24,000 nt of DNA from Kosakonia sp. SMBL-WEM22 (GTDB lineage: Bacteria; Pseudomonadota; Gammaproteobacteria; Enterobacterales; Enterobacteriaceae). The notes beneath the pieces are model-generated. The model ran no database searches. It was not told the DNA's origin and saw only the letters and a program-made list of their open reading frames with translations. The stretch is from contig NZ_CP051489.1 of the NCBI RefSeq assembly GCF_014490785.1, forward strand, positions 1,859 through 25,858, read 5' to 3'. The translations under genes and the position numbers were made by a program. This document shows, piece after piece, positions 8,261-15,823 of the stretch. The first letter of the stretch is position 1. Every line of letters begins with the position of its first letter.

Positions 8261-8544
8261 GTAATTATTTGAGTCAGTAATGTATCCCGTCATAACGATG
8301 GGATACGCTATGCTTCATAGCAACATATTCAGAATGCACCGGCTATATCGTGAAGCAGATTGTTGCGGAGTTTCTGAGTGATCGCCACCGGAACTTACTT
8401 TTTTCGGATCTGAGTGCAGAAAAGTGAATGAAGGAAAAGTGAATTACTATTCAAGACATGATGTCATATTTATTTCGTGCGTGCTTTTTTATTCATGTTG
8501 ATGCATTATTTCTATAATCCAGCAGCATTAAGGAAAAAAGCATC

Positions 8545-9630
8545 ATGCTCAGCCAACTGACATTACGGTTTCCGAAAAAACTCATTGAGGGGCTCAAGTC
8601 CCGCGCGTCCGCCGAGGACACCTCGGTCAACGCCCTCACCGAACGCCTGCTCGACGGCGCGCTGAAGTCCGCCCCGCCGGACGATGCCTTTTTTGCCCTT
8701 CAGGCCGATCCGGGCGGCACGCGGGAGACGCTCTACCGGAAGGTGGTTCGCGGTGAAACCTTCGGCCGCCACTCCCTGAAGCCGGCCGAGCTGCGCTGGC
8801 TGTTTGTTCAGGCGCATGCGGCCTGTCAGACCGGCAGCGCGTTCATGAGCTGGTCCGCGATGGAGGCCCTGCTGGGCATCACCTTTGACGCTCTGATTTA
8901 CGCCTCGGAAAACGGCATTCCCGTCGATACTTACTACATCAACCGGGCCTTCGATCTCGCCGGCGTGGACTACCGGGCCGAAACAGACGCCTTTATGGCG
9001 GCCATGCCGCACGGGGTGGACGCCACCTGGGCGGAGTTCCTGCTGCGCCCGCTTTCCTCCGGTGCCCTGAACCTGAACGCCTTTCCGGATGAAGCGATCG
9101 GGCGCATCTGCACGCCGGCGCGCCTGAAGGCCGCTTTCCCGCTGGTCGTCCGGGCGCAGCGGTCAGACGGGGAAAGCCTGAAAGCCTGGGCCGCGGCCAC
9201 CGGGCTGGTCACGGACGATCTTATCCTGACGGCGGAGGTGGCCGACGTCACTCTGCGCGCCGAGATTCGCGGAAACCGGCTGCCACAGCTGCCCGGGCAG
9301 CCCTGGCAGGCGCCGCAGTTCAGCCTTTTCGTGATCGCCGGCCGGGTGTCGCTGGCGCTGGGCTGGGAAGTGTTCAGCGCGCTGGTCCGCTATATGCAGG
9401 CCCGCGCCTGGCAGGGGAGTACGGACAGGTGGAGCGCCCGCGACAGCCTGGTGTCCCTGTACCTGCCACACGCGGAGGGGGGCAGGGCGGTTCTCGGACT
9501 GGATGGCACCCATATCGCCATGACGACGGAGGAATACCTGCAGCTGGAAGAAGCGCTCCTCGACGCGGTGGCGGATGCTGGGGCGGCGCCGGTGCTGGAT
9601 GAGCTGCGCGCCCTGTACGGGGATCTCTGA
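8545..9630 (+). CDS. Ribbon-helix-helix (Arc/CopG-like) N-terminal domain protein with a roughly 310-aa uncharacterised C-terminal region
   Basis: N-terminus is LTLRFPKKLIEGLKSRASAEDTSVNALTERLLDGAL, a beta-strand plus two helices in the RHH pattern. The rest is Ala/Leu/Arg-rich with no motif I recognise. GC-rich coding sequence sits behind an AT-rich promoter region (TATAAT at 8513-8518). Confidence 0.75.
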   Translation: MLSQLTLRFPKKLIEGLKSRASAEDTSVNALTERLLDGALKSAPPDDAFFALQADPGGTRETLYRKVVRGETFGRHSLKPAELRWLFVQAHAACQTGSAFMSWSAMEALLGITFDALIYASENGIPVDTYYINRAFDLAGVDYRAETDAFMAAMPHGVDATWAEFLLRPLSSGALNLNAFPDEAIGRICTPARLKAAFPLVVRAQRSDGESLKAWAAATGLVTDDLILTAEVADVTLRAEIRGNRLPQLPGQPWQAPQFSLFVIAGRVSLALGWEVFSALVRYMQARAWQGSTDRWSARDSLVSLYLPHAEGGRAVLGLDGTHIAMTTEEYLQLEEALLDAVADAGAAPVLDELRALYGDL

Positions 9631-9631
9631 C

Positions 9632-11887
9632 GTGCGCGCGGGAGAGAGAAGGGCCGGGCAGGATGCGCCGATTTCTGCCGATGACGACGATCGCTACGGG
9701 TTCACGGCGGTGGCCGACGGCCTGGCGGAAAGCATTCATGCGCTGGAGGATGACGCCGGAACGGTGATCGGTATTGAGGGCCGCTGGGGCGCGGGTAAAA
9801 CCAGCCTGCTGAACCTGCTGCTCGCCCGCCTCAGAGCCGCGAGCCCGCCCGGCACGCACGTGATCCACTTTTCACCCTGGCTGAGCGGACCGGGTGGCAA
9901 CCTTGCCGAGGCGCTGCTGCTGCCGGTGGCCGGCATTCTTCAGCAGGTCGAGTCGCAACGTGAAGAGGCTGACAGACGCCTGAGAAAGCGCATCGCGCGG
10001 TGGTGGAAAAAGCAGGGGAAGAGCCGCAACGCCGGCGCCGCCCTGAAGGTGCTGAAGTACGTGCAGCAGACCTCCGGCCACCTGGCGCCGCTGGCGGATC
10101 TTGCCGGCAACGTCGTACCGGGGTTTGGGCTGGCGGCAAAGGGCATGGACGCGCTGGCGAAGCTCGACCTCAGCGCGCGTGGTAAAACGGCCGCCGAGCT
10201 GCGCGGCGAGATTGAATCGCGGCTTGATGCGCTCGGGCTAACGTTTGTCGTCGTGATTGACGATCTGGACCGGCTGGAGCCCTCGCAGGCGGTGGAGGTG
10301 CTGCGCCTGGTGCGCTCGGTGGCGGATTTCACGCGCTTCCGCTACGTCATGTGCTACGACCGCGACGTGCTGGCGCACGCCGTTCATCAGGGGCTGGGCG
10401 TGCAGGACGGCCAGCTGTACCTGCAGAAAATCGTGCCGATCTCCTTCAGCCTGCCCCGACCCGAGTCGTTCACGCTGCGCAGACACTTCCGTGACGAAGC
10501 CACACAGCTTTATCGCGAGGTGCACGGCGACGCGCCGGATGCTGAAACCCTGTCTGCGCTGGAGCGGGCAACGGATGTCTATGGAGAGGCGCTGGCTACG
10601 CCGCGCGAGGTCGGTCAGGCGCTCAGCGCCATTCGCTTCCGCTATGCCGGCATGAAGGACTACGTCTGGTTCCCTGATCTGTGCCTGCTGCAGCTTATCC
10701 GCGTCACCAATCCGGCGCTTCACGACTGGGCCGAGCGCTACCTCTCGGAGCGCGCCATCGAGATGTCGGGTGACGCCACACTTGCGGATGAGGAAAAGCA
10801 GGAAATCACTGTGGCCCTGGACCACGCGCTGGCGCAGTTTCCCACTCACGCCGCCCGGTCCGGGTGGGAGCTGGGGCGGTGGGTGCCCGGGGTGCAGGGG
10901 CGCAGGGAAAAGGGCGTCGCTGCGTTTCAGGATGAAGACAAACACTCAGCCCATGCGGCTACGGCACGCCGGCGCCTGGCCAGTCCGGTGTACTGGCGCT
11001 ACTACTTTGCCTTCTCGGCTCCCGGCAACGTGCTGTCTGAGGGCTACGTGCAGAATATCCTCCGCCTTGCCTCAGAGGACAAGGAGGCGCTGGCGAAGCA
11101 ACTGCTGGAAAGCGTCACCGACAACGGCGTGTCGTCCCGCACCTGGTTTGAGCACATCCTTACGCGGCTGACGCCCGCGGTGACGCTTGCCGCAGGCGCG
11201 CAGGCGCGCGCTGGGCTGCTGGCTTTCCTGTTCGTTCACGCGGATGAAGTCATGCTCTACTACTACCGGCAGCGCGGCCTCATGTACCGATATCAGTCGA
11301 TTGGGATTGAGGAACTGGCCACGCAGCTGATCGCACAGGCTCTGGACACCAGTCGTCCGGAAGCGCTAGCCATGCTGCAGGAGCTGCTCGAAGAAAGCGC
11401 CGGTTCGACGTGGGCCGCCATCTATTTTCGTGACGTGATGCGGCTGCACCGGGCGGCAGGTAACCGTCCGGGCATGGAAAGCGAAAAGTTCCTTTCCGCC
11501 GTTGAGCTGGAAAGGCTGCGTCAGGGAATGGCAGAAAAGATGTCGCCACCGGCGTTGGACCACGACGTGGATAAGCTGGACGAAACGGGCAGCTACCTCT
11601 GGGCGTGGCGGGACATTGCCGGCATGGAAACCGTGGACCGTTGGGTGGAAGAAGAGTGCAGCGAGGATGCAGCATTCCTGCTGTTTCTACTGTGTATGCG
11701 CTCTCCCGTAACCAGCAGCGACAGGGGGCGTTATTTCCGGCTCGATATCACTACCGCTGAGAAACTGACGGATCAGCCAGGCCTTTACAGGGCGAGGCTT
11801 GATGAGATTGTCGCAAAAAATGACCCTGCCCTTTCCGGCCTTCAGAACGACGTGCTGGAGGCTATCAGTAACGGCAGGGACTACTGA
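9632..11887 (+). CDS. KAP-family P-loop NTPase, soluble form with no obvious TM insert
   Basis: Walker A GRWGAGKTS at nt 9779-9805. Walker B VVVIDDLDR at nt 10247-10273. The N-terminal DDDDRYGFTAVADGLAESI lead-in is typical of KAP proteins. Start is either GTG 9632 (1 nt after the upstream TGA, with GGGGA upstream) or ATG 9575 (56-nt overlap). Confidence 0.85.
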   Translation: MRAGERRAGQDAPISADDDDRYGFTAVADGLAESIHALEDDAGTVIGIEGRWGAGKTSLLNLLLARLRAASPPGTHVIHFSPWLSGPGGNLAEALLLPVAGILQQVESQREEADRRLRKRIARWWKKQGKSRNAGAALKVLKYVQQTSGHLAPLADLAGNVVPGFGLAAKGMDALAKLDLSARGKTAAELRGEIESRLDALGLTFVVVIDDLDRLEPSQAVEVLRLVRSVADFTRFRYVMCYDRDVLAHAVHQGLGVQDGQLYLQKIVPISFSLPRPESFTLRRHFRDEATQLYREVHGDAPDAETLSALERATDVYGEALATPREVGQALSAIRFRYAGMKDYVWFPDLCLLQLIRVTNPALHDWAERYLSERAIEMSGDATLADEEKQEITVALDHALAQFPTHAARSGWELGRWVPGVQGRREKGVAAFQDEDKHSAHAATARRRLASPVYWRYYFAFSAPGNVLSEGYVQNILRLASEDKEALAKQLLESVTDNGVSSRTWFEHILTRLTPAVTLAAGAQARAGLLAFLFVHADEVMLYYYRQRGLMYRYQSIGIEELATQLIAQALDTSRPEALAMLQELLEESAGSTWAAIYFRDVMRLHRAAGNRPGMESEKFLSAVELERLRQGMAEKMSPPALDHDVDKLDETGSYLWAWRDIAGMETVDRWVEEECSEDAAFLLFLLCMRSPVTSSDRGRYFRLDITTAEKLTDQPGLYRARLDEIVAKNDPALSGLQNDVLEAISNGRDY

Positions 11888-12233
11888 ACCGACAACAGCA
11901 GCTAAGAGGCTTCCCCAAGCAGGTATTCTGGTACCAGAGCTGCGGGCAGCTACGTGCGCTGAGTGGCCGCGGTCATGGACACGATGCCCTGACGCGGCCC
12001 CCTCGCGCCACGGCGGCCTGGCGTAAATATTCGGCCAACTGACCGCGCCCTTCCGGATGCGTCACAGATCCGACGCGCTACTCTTCTGTGTTTCCCCTGC
12101 GCCCATGTTCAGACCCTATTTGCATCAGCAAAAAACATTTCCCATACGACCGCCATTTTCTCCGCTTGATGAAGATCCGCTTCTGCCAGAAATCGGATCT
12201 GAGTGGAAAAGAGAGAAACTAACATAGGCAGGA

Positions 12234-12308
12234 CATATCCATATGTCAGGCATCTGCATATGTTATGCATATACACTTGCAAAGCATCTGCTTATACTAA
12301 GCATATGC
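12234..12308. promoter_or_regulatory. Candidate vapBC promoter/operator array
   Basis: Palindromes CATATccATATG (12234-12245), TATGCATA (12264-12271) and GCATATGC (12301-12308). Direct repeat GCATCTGC at 12250-12257 and 12284-12291. -10-like TATACT at 12293-12298. All lie within 130 bp of the vapB ATG. Confidence 0.45.
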
Positions 12309-12360
12309 GCACACCCGACGCATACTACCGTCCGGAAAGGTCCGGACTCAGGGAGAACTC

Positions 12361-12591
12361 ATGAGAACCGTATCCATTTTTAAAAACGGCAACAACCGCG
12401 CCATCCGCCTTCCCCGCGATCTAGATTTTGAGGGGGTGAGCGAACTGGAAATCGTCCGGGAAGGGGACAGCATCATCCTCCGTCCCGTCCGGCCGACCTG
12501 GAGTTCATTCCTGGAGCTCGAAAAAGCCGATCCGGATTTTATGGCTGAGCGCGAGGACGTTGTCAGCGACGAAGGACGATTTGACCTGTGA
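12361..12591 (+). CDS. vapB: VapB antitoxin (AbrB/SpoVT/MazE-type swapped-hairpin domain)
   Basis: MRTVSIFKNGNNRAIRLPRDLDFEG... matches the classic VapB/MvpA N-terminus. 76 aa. Overlaps vapC by 4 nt. Confidence 0.9.
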   Translation: MRTVSIFKNGNNRAIRLPRDLDFEGVSELEIVREGDSIILRPVRPTWSSFLELEKADPDFMAEREDVVSDEGRFDL

Positions 12592-13004
12592 ACAAAACGT
12601 ATATGCTGGATACTAATATCTGCTCATTCATCATGCGTGAGCAGCCGGAAGCGGTGCTGAAGCGCCTTGAGCAGACAGTGCTGCGCGGTCACCGCATTGT
12701 GGTCTCGGCCATCACTTACTCCGAGATGCGCTTCGGTGCAAACGGCCCGAAGGCCTCTCCCCGCCACGTGGCGCTGGTTGACGCATTCTGCTCCCGCCTT
12801 GATGCTGTGCTGCCCTGGGACCGCGCCGCTGTGGACGCCACCACGGAAATCCGGGTTGCGCTGCGCCTCGCCGGCACGCCAATTGGCCCGAACGACACGG
12901 CGATTGCCGGGCACGCCATCGCGGCCGGTGCAGTGCTGGTGACGAATAATATGAGGGAGTTTGAGCGGGTGCCGGATCTGATCCTGGAAGACTGGGTTAA
13001 ATAG
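12588..13004 (+). CDS. vapC: VapC PIN-domain toxin (tRNA-fMet endonuclease type)
   Basis: GTG start overlaps the vapB stop. MLDTNICSF..., SAITYSEMRFGA, GTPIGPNDTAIAGHA and LVTNNMREFERVP..EDW are collinear with enterobacterial VapC/MvpT as I remember them. Confidence 0.92.
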   Translation: MNKTYMLDTNICSFIMREQPEAVLKRLEQTVLRGHRIVVSAITYSEMRFGANGPKASPRHVALVDAFCSRLDAVLPWDRAAVDATTEIRVALRLAGTPIGPNDTAIAGHAIAAGAVLVTNNMREFERVPDLILEDWVK

Positions 13005-14604
13005 ACTCAGTCAGATTTGAAGTAATAAAGGTCCGCTTTGTGCCAGATATAGTCATTCACACCCTGAGAGTTACACTTTTAAGTGATTCAGGGTACGCGC
13101 TTATTGGTTACGAATATTGTGCCAGAATCATGTGATTTGATGATTGCCGCTTTGCTTTCGAGCCAGTAAGTGCTCCACGTTCGCTAACGAATACTCAGGG
13201 CATGCAGAAAAACTGCTGACTATATTCTTTCGAAGAGCGTGGAATGCATACAAATCCCCGATAAAAGGAGTTGGTGATGACTGCGAAAGATCAGTTTGCT
13301 GCTCATGTTGGTCTGGACTGGGCGGATAAAAAACACGATGTCTGCGTTCAGTTTAAAAACGGTGATCGCATATTTCATGTGATTGAACATACGCCTGAGG
13401 CACTTGATATCTGGCTCAATGAGTTACACCAGAGGGTGAAAGGCAGGATTGCTATTGCCATTGAGCTGAAGAAAGGCCCGGTGGTTTATGCACTCCAGAA
13501 GTACCCATTTGTCACTGTTTTTCCAGTACACGCCTTGTCACTGGCCCGCTACCGACAGGCTTTCTGGCCCAGCGGTGCGAAGGATGATCCGCAGGACGTT
13601 GAGCTGGCATTAGACCTGATGCTACGTTATCCCCACAAGATAAAAGCCATTGAAGCCGACAATCCGGATATCCGATTACTCCAGCAATTAGTTGAGCAGC
13701 GCCGACTGCTGGTCGAAGACAAGCGTCGCTTTGTTAATCGGCTCATCAACACACTTAAGCAGTATTACCCCCAGCCCCTGGAATGGTTCTCTCATCGGGA
13801 CAGCTCTCTGTTCTGCGAGCTAATCATTCGCTGGCCGAGCCTGCAACGACTCAAACGGGCTCGCAGCGATACTGTCCGTCATTTTATGAACGCTAAAGGT
13901 GGTCCTGCTGTTGCATATACCGAACAGCGGGTTGCAAGTATTGCCAGCGCTATTCCCCTGACCACAGATAAAACTGTCATCGAGGCAAATGCATTGATGG
14001 CAACAGCACTTGCATCCCAAATCAAACTGACAGGCGACCTAATCAGAACCTACGACGAACGTATTGAATCCTTATTCGATACGCTTCCGGATGCAGAACT
14101 GTTCAAATCACTCCCTGGAATGGGACCGTGTATGGGCCCACGGATGCTTGCCGCACTGGGTGATAACCGCGACCGCTTCAATAGCGCAGAAGAAATTCAA
14201 AACTACGCTGGCATCGCACCAGTAACCGAGCGAAGTGGTCAAAAATCCTGGGTACACTGGCGTTGGCAGTGCGCAAAGTTCGTCCGACAGACATTCGTGG
14301 AATGGACTGCGAAGACGGTTAACTCATCGTACTGGGCCAGACTTTATTACCAGGGCCAGCGAGAAAAAGGGAAATCGCATCAATCAGCTATCCGGGCTCT
14401 GGCGTTTAAATGGATAAGGATCATTTACCGTTGTTGGAAGACCAAAACCCGGTACGACGAAGCGAAATACTTGCTGGCACTGGAAGCGCGAAAGTCCCCC
14501 TTACTGAAGCCATAAAAAGCTTGTCGAATGTCTCAGGGCGTGAAGCGGACATTTCATTAATCGCATTGCCTGAAGTTTAGTAAGATGCCAAAAGGAAATT
14601 CATC
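13005..14604 (+). mobile_element. Interval containing an IS110-family insertion sequence; exact ends unresolved
   Basis: A single DEDD transposase gene with about 270 nt of non-coding sequence 5' and about 90 nt 3'. No terminal inverted repeats, as expected for IS110. TCAGGG-containing motifs at about 13061-13094 and about 14531-14540 could mark the junctions. Confidence 0.6.
13277..14515 (+). CDS. IS110-family DEDD transposase/recombinase
   Basis: AAGGAG lies 6 nt before ATG 13277. N-terminal HVGLDWADKKHDV and AIAIELKKGP, then AKDDPQDVELALDL (the K-x-D-x-x-D-A-type motif). C-terminal LPGMGPCMGPRMLAALGDNRDRFNSAEEIQNYAGIAPVTERSGQ matches the Transposase_20 HhH region. Confidence 0.88.
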   Translation: MTAKDQFAAHVGLDWADKKHDVCVQFKNGDRIFHVIEHTPEALDIWLNELHQRVKGRIAIAIELKKGPVVYALQKYPFVTVFPVHALSLARYRQAFWPSGAKDDPQDVELALDLMLRYPHKIKAIEADNPDIRLLQQLVEQRRLLVEDKRRFVNRLINTLKQYYPQPLEWFSHRDSSLFCELIIRWPSLQRLKRARSDTVRHFMNAKGGPAVAYTEQRVASIASAIPLTTDKTVIEANALMATALASQIKLTGDLIRTYDERIESLFDTLPDAELFKSLPGMGPCMGPRMLAALGDNRDRFNSAEEIQNYAGIAPVTERSGQKSWVHWRWQCAKFVRQTFVEWTAKTVNSSYWARLYYQGQREKGKSHQSAIRALAFKWIRIIYRCWKTKTRYDEAKYLLALEARKSPLLKP

Positions 14605-15396
14605 ATGGAGTTAGCTACAGGTAAAAGTATGGAAGCTCTGATCAAAACGTATATAGAAATCCTTAAAAGTCTTAACGCTCAAGCGTTTGCACTCATGGAG
14701 GATAAGTATTCAGGAGTATTTCTTCCTGTTCCCTCTGAAGAGTACTGGCACTCCCCGGTAAAAATCATGCTGGTTGGGCGTGAAACGGCAGGATGGAATA
14801 CTGGAAATCATAAAAATAAAATTGCTCGGGTTCTGGGCCTGATGCCCAATATTACTGTCGAACATGTAGTTGAAGAAGCGGTAACTCGCTACAAAGAGCA
14901 TCAGGATAAGTGCACTCCTAATACGAAATCACGAAGCCGTTTTATGCAGTATTATTTCTTGCTGGCGCGAAAACTAGAATTACCCCCTAAAGCAATAGTG
15001 TATGCAAATTTATTTGCATGGGATTATGACCGAAAGAGCCCACTGCTCCGCTCTGAAAACGAACTTCAGGAAATAGCGTCTGTTTCATTAAGGCTTCTGG
15101 CGACCCAGATAGGGCATTTAAAACCTGATTTTGTAATATTTGCATGTGGTTCACTAACCGACCATTTTATAAAGTGTTTATCAAATAAATATTTGGGCGG
15201 TTCTAAGACTCTATCAGTCACTCCTAAAAAAATATGGAAGTTTGAGGCTGGGGATGCGACCTGCTTCAGGATTGCTCATCCCAGAGCAACCTATGGGCAT
15301 CAGGAGTTCAGGGCAGAGGTGATCGAACAGATTAAACAAGCGGCTGTACGCTTATCCTGTCATCGAAAGCAAAATTGCGAGTCTGAAGGAGCTTAG
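14605..15396 (+). CDS. Hypothetical 263-aa protein with weak uracil-DNA-glycosylase-superfamily-like motif order; unverified
   Basis: AGGA RBS upstream of an ATG start. AT-rich codon usage unlike both flanks. Motif order is KIMLVGRETAGWN ... VYANLFAWDY ... DFVIFACGS ... CFRIAHPRATYG. Confidence 0.65.
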   Translation: MELATGKSMEALIKTYIEILKSLNAQAFALMEDKYSGVFLPVPSEEYWHSPVKIMLVGRETAGWNTGNHKNKIARVLGLMPNITVEHVVEEAVTRYKEHQDKCTPNTKSRSRFMQYYFLLARKLELPPKAIVYANLFAWDYDRKSPLLRSENELQEIASVSLRLLATQIGHLKPDFVIFACGSLTDHFIKCLSNKYLGGSKTLSVTPKKIWKFEAGDATCFRIAHPRATYGHQEFRAEVIEQIKQAAVRLSCHRKQNCESEGA

Positions 15397-15480
15397 AGAA
15401 ATGGAAAGCTGTCAGTCGTCATTTCTAATCGCGATGACATGTTCCCTTTTCTTTAATACACAGCAAAACTAATTATCCAT

Positions 15481-15750
15481 GTGCCGACTCGATTGCTAAC
15501 TTCCGCTCCTCGCTCACAGCGGAACTTTCACTCAGGTAACTTGTCCGCATTGTGCCAGGAGCGGACATTGCTAAGAACTGAACGTACTAAGCGGTGGGGG
15601 AGGTCAGAGCGGCTATGGCAAGTGCTGCATGACACGATAACCCACAATTATCAGCACCTCTCAATGTGGCAATTGTTGAAAAAAGTCCGTCACTTTATGG
15701 ATACCGTCAGTCTGTTCCCAGGTAGAAAACATGGACTGACAAAAGCGTAG
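15481..15750 (+). pseudogene. Probable IS630-family transposase C-terminal remnant
   Basis: The tail ...SERLWQVLHDTITHNYQHLSMWQLLKKVRHFM resembles the conserved ...NP(V/I)ERLW..LK...THN...F.....L end of IS630/DDE_3 transposases. An out-of-frame ELN just upstream suggests decay. No intact N-terminal part is present. Confidence 0.35.
15499..15523. repeat. 25-nt hairpin-forming repeat, copy R1
   Basis: acttccgctcctcgctcacagcgga. TTCCGCT/AGCGGAA forms a 7-bp stem. Matches copy R2 at 23 of 25 positions in direct orientation. Confidence 0.7.
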
Positions 15751-15823
15751 CGGTATTAGGACCACTTATTTAGATTATCCCTTGCGATTCATAAATTATG
15801 GTGACGGCTAAATAAGTCACAAT

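Noticed and set aside
8282-8306. Hairpin GTATCCC-N11-GGGATAC after the porin gene, considered as a rho-independent terminator
   Set aside because: The stem is only 7 bp with an 11-nt loop, and no U-tract follows. This is too weak to call as a terminator.
9575-9631. ATG 9575 as the KAP NTPase start (the track call)
   Set aside because: This start is not excluded. It would add a Cys/Arg-rich 19-aa extension overlapping the upstream gene by 56 nt. GTG 9632, directly after the upstream stop and with GGGGA upstream, is the more typical coupled start.
10238-10945. 235-aa ORF antisense to the KAP NTPase gene, together with the other overlapping ORFs across 9163-11711
   Set aside because: Long stop-free antisense or alternate frames are expected in DNA of about 65% GC. 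The translations are Arg/Pro/Ala/Gly-rich and low-complexity, with no motifs or RBS. The sense frame carries clear Walker A and Walker B motifs.
12194-12205. The exact 12-mer cggatctgagtg shared with 8416-8427, considered as proof of an att site
   Set aside because: By rough expectation, exact 12-mer matches occur by chance several times in a 24-kb window. It is kept only as a low-confidence observation supported by adjacent weak similarity.
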